Below, piece by piece: positions 7,928-15,891 of a stretch of DNA of 15,891 nt. Source of the DNA: Octopus sinensis (lineage: Eukaryota). The DNA is taken from contig NW_021825375.1 in assembly GCF_006345805.1 (NCBI RefSeq), forward strand, positions 1 through 15,891, given 5' to 3'. Each line of letters begins with the position of its first letter. The stretch's first letter is position 1. The position numbers were made by a program, and so were the translations under genes. The notes beneath the pieces were generated by a model, which saw nothing but the letters and a program-made list of their open reading frames with translations, ran no database searches and had not been told where the DNA came from.

Positions 7928-9497
7928 GGTACTACTAGCGAACAGTGGTCCCGGTGCGCGCACACGCGCAGTCACGCATCCGCGCTTAGCTAGTCGTAAG
8001 TAGTCGATCCCACGACGACGACTACCTTAGCAAAGTAAGTAAAACACAAAATAAATAATTTTTTGGGGGATCTTTTCTGTTTGAACGGCAGTTTTTAACA
8101 TAATTTCTAGGTAACTAAAAAATTTCAAACTTCGTATACTGGTAGAATGGGTTTATAAAACATCTTTTCCTCTTGGCTTTATTGAGAAAATTCTGTGGTT
8201 TGTAAGATATTTGTTGTTTTTTTTTCTTCAATTTCTGCAATTTCAACCAATCACTGACGTCTATTGAGGTAAAAAAACATTCTGTGTCGTATGAATATGT
8301 CCCTCGTTTAAGAAACAGATTGGGTTTATTTACATTTCTGAAGAAAAAAGATACCCTTCCCCCTAACCCTAACCCTAAAACTGATTGAAATGCAATAGAT
8401 TGATACTAGGGTCATAATTATGGGTGACAATTTCATATGACACTGCTAGAAGAAACTGCCGTTCAAACCGAAAAGATCCAAATTCTATGGTTTGTAAGAT
8501 ATTTGTTGTTTTTTTTTCTTCAATTTCTGCAATTTCAACCAATCAGTGACGTCTATTTGAGTAAAAAAAACATTCTGTGTCGTATGAATATGTCCCTCGT
8601 TTAAGAAACAGATTGGTTTATATTTTACATTTCTGAAGAAAAAAGAATACCCTTCCCCCTAACCCTAACCCTAAAACTGATTGAATGCAATAGATTGATA
8701 CTAGGGTCATAATTATGGGTGACAATTTCATATGACACTGCTAGAAAAAAAACTGCGTTCAAACCGAAAAGATCCAAATTCCTATGGTTTGTAAGATATT
8801 TGTTGTTTTTTTTTTTCTTCAATTTCTGCAATTTCAACCAATCAGTGACGTCTATTGAGGTAAAAAAACATTCTGTGCTGTGTCGTATAATATGTCCCTC
8901 GTTTAAGAAACAGATTGGGTTTATTTACATTTCTGAAGAAAAAAGATACCCCTTCCTTCCCCCTAACCCTAACCCTAAAACTGATTGAAATGCAATAGAT
9001 TGATACTAGGGTCATAATTATGGGTGACAATTTCATATGACACTGCTAGAAGAAACTGCCGTTCAAACCGAAAAGATCCAAATTCTATGGTTTGTAAGAT
9101 ATTTGTTGTTTTTTTTTCTTCAATTTCTGCAATTTCAACCAATCAGTGACGTCTATTGAAGTAAAAAAAACATTCTGTGCCGTATGAATATGTCCCTCGT
9201 TTAAGAAACAGATTGGGTTCATTTACATTTGTGAAGAAAAAAAAATACCCTTCCTCCCATCCCTAACCCTAAATCTAAAAGAGATTGAAATGCAATAGAT
9301 CGATACTAGGGTCATAATTATGGGTGACAATTTCATATGACACTGCTAGAAGAAACTGCCGTTCAAACCGAAAAGATCCAATTTTTGTAAGACAAAGTAA
9401 ATTACACGCAAAAACACTAAGTAAGGGATCAACTAGTCATGACTAGCTGGCGAGTACGCGAGAGCGCGCACTGGGACCACTATTCCCAAGTAGTACC
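7928..9497. mobile_element. Complete non-autonomous TIR DNA transposon, Merlin-like, 1570 bp
   Basis: Perfect 8-bp TSD TAATCACA at 7920-7927 and 9498-9505. Left terminus ggtactactagcgaacagtggtcccggtgcgcgc versus reverse complement of right terminus ggtactacttgggaatagtggtcccagtgcgcgc (30/34 identical). The IR continues with an indel to 8011 / 9425. No transposase ORF. Confidence 0.88.
8188..9382. repeat. Four tandem ~292-304-bp units inside the transposon, each with CCCTAA repeats
   Basis: Units start at 8188, 8480, 8776 and 9080. (CCCTAA)3 at 8361-8378, 8657-8674 and 8961-8978; (CCCTAA)2 at 9261-9272. Confidence 0.96.
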
Positions 9498-9505
9498 TAA
9501 TCACA

Positions 9506-10249
9506 TACATGCACACGCGTGCGTGCACAAACGCAAAAAATATACACGGGCACACATACACACAAACACACACATACATTCATGCAGAAATCCGCGCACA
9601 TTTTCACAAACATACACACACTGAAACATAAACAGATCTGCACACACATATACCTCCACAAAACACGCTCGTACACACTTACACAAACGTGCATACACAC
9701 GCGCGTACACACACACACACACATACACACACTTACACAAACGTGCATACACACGCGCGTACACACACACACACATACACACACTTACACAAACGTGCAT
9801 ACCACACGCGCGTACATACACAAACACATACACACAACTACACAAACGTGCATTTACACACGCGCGTACACACACAAACACACACACACTTACTACAAAA
9901 CGTGCATTTACAACACGAAGTACAACACCACACACATACACACACTTACCAAACGTGCATACACACTGCGCGTAACCACACACACACATACACACAACTT
10001 ACACAACGTGCATACACACGCGCGCACATACACAAAACACACGTACCTTATACACAAACGCACACATATAATACACATATACAAAACACACATACACTGC
10101 ACAAATGCGCTCGTGCACGCAAACACATCATATTCGCAAATACATACACACACACACGGCACACACACACAAGCACGTGCGTTCAGGACACACATACACA
10201 AACGTACGAACACGCATACTCGTAAACAAACATACACACGTATACATAT
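9506..10249. repeat. CA-rich field containing a ~53-bp minisatellite (~7 copies, ~9670-10030)
   Basis: (a)aacgtgcat occurs at ~9685, 9739, 9791, 9844, 9898, 9951 and 10004. Confidence 0.88.
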
Positions 10250-10770
10250 GCAGGAGTAGGTAGCGTTGCTAACAACCACATGGTTCGGGTTCAGTCCCAC
10301 TGCGTGGCACCTTGGGCAAGTGTCTTCTTTTAATATAGCCCCGGGCCGACCAATGCCTTGTGAGTGGATTTGGTAGACGGAAATGAAGAGACAAAAGCCC
10401 GTCGTATATATGTATATTATATATATGGTGCCCCAGCATGGCCACAGCTCATAAGCTGAACTAGAATCAATCAATCAATCATATATATATATGTGTGTGT
10501 GGTCTGGTGTGTGTGTGTGTGTGTTTGTGTGGGTGTGTTCCTGTGGTGTGTGTGTGGTGTGTCTGTGTTTGTCCCCCTAGCATTGCTTGACAACCGATGT
10601 GCTGGTATGTTTACGTCCCCGTTACTTAGCGGTTCGGCCAAAGAGAGACCGATATAATAAGTACTGGGTTTTACAAAAGAATAAGTCCCGGGTCGATTTG
10701 CTCGACTAAAAGGCGGTGCTCCAGCATGGCCGCAGTCAAATGACTGAAAAAGTAAAGAGAGTAAAAGAGA
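10250..10770 (+). mobile_element. tRNA-derived SINE (family 1), near full length, single tail
   Basis: Colinear with 930-1337. B-box-like gggttcagtccc near 10288. The A-box region is partly deleted. Confidence 0.9.
10427..10480 (+). mobile_element. 54-bp 5'-truncated SINE-tail retrocopy with (ATCA)n end, nested in the host SINE
   Basis: ggtgccccagcatggccacagctcataagctgaactagaatcaatcaatcaatc, flanked by atatatat on both sides and absent from the copy at 930-1337. Confidence 0.7.
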
Positions 10771-10849
10771 AAAATATAAACACACACAAACACGCATACA
10801 CGCCTGCACACACACATACACGTTGCTCGCACACACACACATACATGTA

Positions 10850-11205
10850 CAACGCGCACGCGAGCTCCTCCTCCCCTCCACCACCACCACCACCACCACC
10901 ACCACCGGCGCAGAAAGCGCGGCTTCGCTTTGCGCTCATTATTTCCCGCGCTCTCCTTTCCGTGTTTCGCATCCCCACACACAACACACACACCGCATCG
11001 TTCCATCGCCGCATATCCCCCACCGTGTGCCGCTGCCGCCCCGCCTCGGGCCCCAACCAGCACACGTGAAGCAACAGGGGCATTCCACACATTCCACAGA
11101 GAATTCCATCAACATTCCATCGATACCATTCTTCCAGTTGTTGTTGTTGTTGAATGCATGCCCCGTTTTCGCGCGTTCGTTCGATCGATCGATACCAGCA
11201 GCTGC
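10850..11205. promoter_or_regulatory. CpG-rich unique island, candidate cis-regulatory element
   Basis: Many CpGs. CACGTG at 11063-11068. CATTCCA at 11081, 11090 and 11113, plus AATTCCA at 11102. Function not demonstrated. Confidence 0.3.
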
Positions 11206-11215
11206 TTGGTAGTGT

Positions 11216-11230
11216 ATGTATATATATATG

Positions 11231-11263
<33 letters not shown>

Positions 11264-11359
11264 AATGTGTGTCTTATGTGTATAGGTATGTATGTGTATA
11301 AACACATTCAGATACATATATATATAGGCCTATATGTGTGTGTACACATGTATAAACAC

Positions 11360-11394
<35 letters not shown>

Positions 11395-11436
11395 CTGTCT
11401 GTCTGTCTGTCTGTCTGTCTTCTGTCTGTCTATCTG

Positions 11437-11468
<32 letters not shown>

Positions 11469-11750
11469 ATACCTATCTATCTATCTATTATTATCTATCT
11501 ATCTCTGTCTATCTATCTGTCTATCTATCTATCTATCTATATCTCTATCTATCTATCTATATGTCTATCTATCTGTCTGTCTGTCTGTCTGTCTGTCATC
11601 TATCTTCTATCTATTACTACCTACCTACCTACCTACCTACCTATCTATCTATCTATCTATCTATCTGTCTGTCTGTCTGTCTCTCTATCTGTATGTATGT
11701 ATGTATGTATATGTGTATGTATGTATGTGTGTATGTATGTATGTGTGTGT
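11216..11750. repeat. Compound microsatellite (TA)/(TG)/(TCTA)/(TCTG)/(CCTA)/(TATG)
   Basis: Direct reading. Confidence 0.95.
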
Positions 11751-11954
11751 AAGCATCTAAAATATGTGGATATGCACATGTGTACATATAAGTGCTTAAA
11801 CATGCATTATTTACATGTGTCTGTCTCTGCATACGCAAACACACACACCCACACGCCTTGTATTGTGTATTTTGGATCTTCGGATGTTAATTTCGGAATC
11901 CCAGTACAGCATGACAAAACCGCATAATCTCTATTCATTCGCTACTGAGAACAT

Positions 11955-12469
11955 TTATTATTATTATTTTTAATATTATCATCATCATCATCATCATCAT
12001 TATTATTATCATTATTATTATTATTATCACCATTATTATTATTATTATTATCATTATTATTATTATTTTTAATATTATTATTATTATTATTATTATTATC
12101 ATTATTGTCATCATCATCATCATCATCATCATCATTATTATTATTATTATTACTATTATTATTATTATCACCATTATTATTATTATTATTATCATTATAT
12201 TATTATTTTTAATATTATTATTATTATTATTATATTATTATTATCATTATTATTATTATTTTTAATATTATATTATTATTATTATTATTATCATTATATC
12301 ATCATCTCATCATCATCATCATCATTATTTTATTATTATTATTACTTTATATTATTATTATTATTATTTTTTGTCATCATCATCATCATCATCATTATTA
12401 TTATTATTATTATCATTATTATTATTATTATTATCATTATTATCATCACCATCATCATCATCATCATCA

Positions 12470-12500
<31 letters not shown>

Positions 12501-12539
12501 TATTATTATTATTATTACTATTATTATTTATATTATTAC

Positions 12540-12579
<40 letters not shown>

Positions 12580-12687
12580 GTCATCATCATCATCATCATC
12601 ATCATTATTATTATTATTATTATTATCATTATTATTATTATTATCATTATTATCATCACCATCATCTTCATCATCATCATTTTATTA

Positions 12688-12732
<45 letters not shown>

Positions 12733-12913
12733 TATTATTATTATTATATTATCATTATTTTATCATTATTATTATTATTTTTAATGTTATTATTATTATT
12801 ATTATATTATTATTGTCATCATCATCATCATCATCATTCATTATATTATTATTATTATCATTATTATTATTATTATTATCATTATTTCATCACCATCATC
12901 ATCATCATCATCA

Positions 12914-12946
<33 letters not shown>

Positions 12947-12990
12947 TACTATTATTATTATATTATTACTATTATTATTTATAGTATTAC

Positions 12991-13026
<36 letters not shown>

Positions 13027-13199
13027 ATTATTATGTATTATTATTATCATTCTTATTATCATTATATTATTATTTTTAATATTATTATTATTATTATTAT
13101 TGTCATCATCATCATCATCATCATCATTATTATATTAATATTATTATTATTATTATTATTTATTATCATTATTCATCATCATCATCATCATCATCATCA

Positions 13200-13241
<42 letters not shown>

Positions 13242-13265
13242 TACTATTATTATGTATATTATTAC

Positions 13266-13307
<42 letters not shown>

Positions 13308-13418
13308 ATATATATTATTATTATTATTATTATTTTACTATTATATATTATATTATTACTATTATTACTATTATTATTATTATTATTATTATTAGATACT
13401 ATTTATTTATATTATTAC

Positions 13419-13449
<31 letters not shown>

Positions 13450-13471
13450 TTTATTATTACTATTATTACTA

Positions 13472-13502
<31 letters not shown>

Positions 13503-13590
13503 TACTATTATTATATTTTTATTATTTTTATTACTATTATTATTATTATTTATTATATATTATTATACTATTATTATTATTAATATTATT
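11955..13590. repeat. 1.6-kb (ATT)n/(ATC)n trinucleotide field
   Basis: Direct reading. A block beginning ttgtcatcatc is duplicated at 12371 and 12578. Confidence 0.97.
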
Positions 13591-13810
13591 CGCCTTCAGA
13601 TATCACGTATACAACACACACACACACACACACACACGTACACGTCTGTATATTGTGAAGGCGGAGATTTTGGGTGGGGTGGGATGGGTGGAGATGTCAG
13701 CCTTTCACGTTTGACATTGTTTGAAAGAGTCACGTGGTTTGTTGTTTTCACGTAGGATCGATCTTGCCGCCGTCGCCGCCGCCGCCGCTGCCGGCAACGG
13801 AATAAGCACC
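13591..13810. promoter_or_regulatory. Unique island with CACGT cluster and G-quadruplex motif, candidate regulatory element
   Basis: CACGT at 13604, 13635, 13641, 13706, 13731 and 13749. GGGTGGGGTGGGATGGG at 13672-13688. Confidence 0.3.
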
Positions 13811-13812
13811 AC

Positions 13813-13926
13813 TTGCACCATCGCCGCCCGTCTTCACCCCCACCTCTTCCGCCGCCACCACCACCTCCTCCTCCTCCTCCTCTTCCTCTACCGCCACCAC
13901 CACCTCCCACCGCCGCCGCCGCCACC

Positions 13927-13967
<41 letters not shown>

Positions 13968-14830
13968 AACTGTTGCTGCTGCTGCTACTACCACTACTAC
14001 TACTACTACCACTACCACAACCACTACTACCACAACCACTACTACTGCTACTACCACTCCCACTACTACTACTGCTCTTGCTACCACTACTACTACTGCT
14101 CTTGCTACTACTACTACTACTGCTTCTACTACCACTACTACTACTACTACTGCTCTTGCTACTACTACTACTGCTACTACTACTACTACCACAACCACTA
14201 CTACTGCTACTACCACTCCCACTACTACTACTGCTCTTGCTACTACTACTACTACTACTACCACCCCCACTACTACTACTGCTCTTGCTGCTGTTACTAC
14301 TACCACTACCACAACTCCTTCTTCCCTTCCCTCTTCCTCCTACTCTAATTACTACTACTCCTGCTACTGCTGCAGCTGCTGCTACTACCTATAATACTAC
14401 CACCAAAATGGTCGTTGCCCTCCTGCCACTGCCACCGCTTCTACCATGACCATCACTCCCTTCGCTAACATCCACTGCAACTACTACGTCACTTCCATCA
14501 CCACCAAACCACTGTTGCTATGACCACCACCATAAACGCCACTAATCGTTTCACTGCCACCACAACCACCATACTCAACACCACCACCATCATTGCCATC
14601 ACCACCCCCACCACCACACATACCATCACCACTACCACCCCTCCACAACTACCACCAATTTCATACAATCACCACCACCACCACTACCAACATACTACTA
14701 CTGCCACCCCACTAAAAAACGCCCCACCCGACGTGAGCAAGACTGCTCAAACGACCCCTCCCACCATGCCCATCACCACCTCTGCCTCTAATGCCATCAC
14801 CATCACCATCCTTACCTCACTACTGACATA
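13813..14830. repeat. (CCA)n/(GCC)n/(ACT)n/(GCT)n trinucleotide field
   Basis: Direct reading. It degenerates toward the 3' end. Confidence 0.9.
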
Positions 14831-14841
14831 TTTCTGTGTTT

Positions 14842-15010
14842 TGGCTGTGTGGTAAGATGATTGCTTCCCAACCACATGGTTCCAGGTTCAGTCCCATTGC
14901 GTGGCACCTTGGGCAAGTGTCTTCTACTATAGCCTCAGACTGACAAAAGACTTGTAGTGGATTTAGTAGATGGAAACTGAAAGAAGCCTGTTGCATACAT
15001 ATATGTGTTT
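14842..15010 (+). mobile_element. 5' half of a family-1 SINE, split by later insertions
   Basis: tggctgtgtggtaag...aggttcagtccc...gaaactgaaagaagcctg aligns to ~940-1100. Confidence 0.85.
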
Positions 15011-15020
15011 ATAGATAGAT

Positions 15021-15227
15021 CATCATCATCATCCAGTGTTTTAAATCCGGGTTTTGTCCCCGTTAATGGAAGTGGCCGGATCTACCTCAATGCCATAGCA
15101 ACTGAGGCAGGCAGGTGCAGCCCACCCCTGCCTTTTGGGTTGGCTGGTGCCCATTCTCCTTTGCTATCATGAGGCTTTTTTGGATCTGGATTTTCTACAG
15201 GGATCATGCTCTTGCTTACCTCCAACC
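15021..15227 (-). mobile_element. Diverged (GAT)n-tailed SINE 3' fragment
   Basis: Starts with (CAT)4. ttttctacagggatcatgctcttgcttacctccaacc resembles the reverse complement of the 5145-5180 region (tttctacagctgggtacacttcctaacgccaacc). Confidence 0.5.
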
Positions 15228-15339
15228 TTAGTTTCTAGACATGAGTGGTCCTGAGACCAAGGCCTCTAACACAATTTTTAAGAAACGTGGTGGAAAACTA
15301 GCTCAGGGAGGCAGGGACACTACTCCCTGAGACCCCTTT

Positions 15340-15545
15340 CAGAGCCCTCATACCTATAGATATATATATCTCTCCTCTTTTTTCTCTCCTTGTTTCTCTC
15401 CTTGTTTTTTCTGTGTACCTTTCTGTAGAAGAGCGTAGGCTCGAAACGTAAAAGACTTTTTCTATTCCTGAGCATTATACTAATACATCTGTTTGTTTTG
15501 TACACCACCTGTCTTCGTCTTTTGTTTTTTTCGTAAACTCTCCCT
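15340..15545 (+). mobile_element. Penelope-like element terminal (pLTR-like) remnant
   Basis: Pyrimidine-rich leader, a hammerhead-like motif ending GAAACGT, and a T-rich trailer ending in (TA)n. This arrangement is typical of Penelope-like terminal repeats (inference). Confidence 0.55.
15415..15456 (+). ncRNA. Minimal type I hammerhead-ribozyme-like motif with a variant core
   Basis: CTTT-CTGTAGA-A-GAGC(GTAG)GCTC-GAAA-CGTA-AAAG. Stem I is CTTT/AAAG, stem II is GAGC/GCTC, and helix III is the palindrome ACGT. The core differs from CUGANGA at A6 (U here). Confidence 0.5.
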
Positions 15546-15559
15546 ATATATATATATCT

Positions 15560-15854
15560 ATGTGTGTATATCTTTGTATCTGTAGCTTGACAACCAGTGT
15601 TGGTGTGTTTATGTCCCTGTAGCTTAGCTGTTCAGCAAACAGAAACCAACATAATAAGTATCAGGCTTTAAAAAGAAAACAAGTACAGGAGTTTATTTAT
15701 TTGACTAAAATTCTTCAAAGTGGTGCCCCAGCATGGCCACAGGGAAGGTCATCCACCTGTAAACCTTCCTAAATCAGATCGAAACCTGGTGCAGCTTCAA
15801 AGTGGTGCCCCAGCATGGCCACAGTCGAATGACTGAAACAGAATATGAAAGATA
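15560..15854 (+). mobile_element. 3' half of the family-1-type SINE (diverged), with an internal chimeric insert
   Basis: gcttgacaaccagtgttggtgtgtttatgtccc...ggtgccccagcatggccacagtcgaatgactgaaacag aligns to 1155-1337. Confidence 0.8.
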
Positions 15855-15891
15855 TGTCTGTACAAGATGCTTTCTCAAGACAAATACCACA

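Noticed and set aside
8361-9272. True telomere or chromosome-fusion scar
   Set aside because: Only 2-3 CCCTAA units per site, embedded in a transposon repeat, with no head-to-head arrangement.
10736-11317. Minus-strand ORFs across the CpG-rich island
   Set aside because: They begin and end in microsatellites, several frames are equally open, and no domain is recognisable.
11807-11938. 43-aa minus-strand ORF MNRDYAVLSCCTGIPKLTSEDPKYTIQ...
   Set aside because: Short, unrecognised, and runs into a (TG)n repeat with no canonical donor.
11935-13395. Poly-Ile/Leu/Tyr ORFs
   Set aside because: Translations of (ATT)n/(ATC)n repeats.
13721-14449. Mucin-like Pro/Thr-rich exon after a plausible acceptor at 13754-13755
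   Set aside because: Thr codons are overwhelmingly ACT/ACC in pure runs, all frames are similarly low-complexity, and I found no convincing donor or flanking domain. RNA-seq would be needed to rescue it.

Overview
A eukaryotic (animal) non-coding window made almost entirely of repeats, with no supportable protein-coding gene. Every long ORF in the track lies on a microsatellite or tandem repeat. The SINE families, microsatellite load and CCCTAA motifs look like an octopus/cephalopod genome; this is recognition from memory, not a database result. Contents: (i) at least four tRNA-headed or tailed SINE families, several with tandemly amplified internal segments (61 bp x ~8.4, ~112 bp x 5, 269 bp x 2, ~187 bp x 6). 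(ii) Two different SINEs inserted back to back at one target site, which is now present three times (ATTTGGAACGT). (iii) Two LINE-3'-end-like fragments whose tail matches one SINE tail. (iv) A complete 1570-bp non-autonomous DNA transposon at 7928-9497, with a perfect 8-bp TSD (TAATCACA), GGTAC-starting TIRs (Merlin-like) and four internal ~297-bp repeats, each carrying CCAAT, TGACGTC and telomere-type CCCTAA motifs. (v) A Penelope-like terminal remnant with a minimal hammerhead-ribozyme-like fold at 15415-15456. (vi) Two small CpG-rich unique islands with motif clusters. (vii) Large CT, CA, GATA, ATT and ACT simple-repeat fields.
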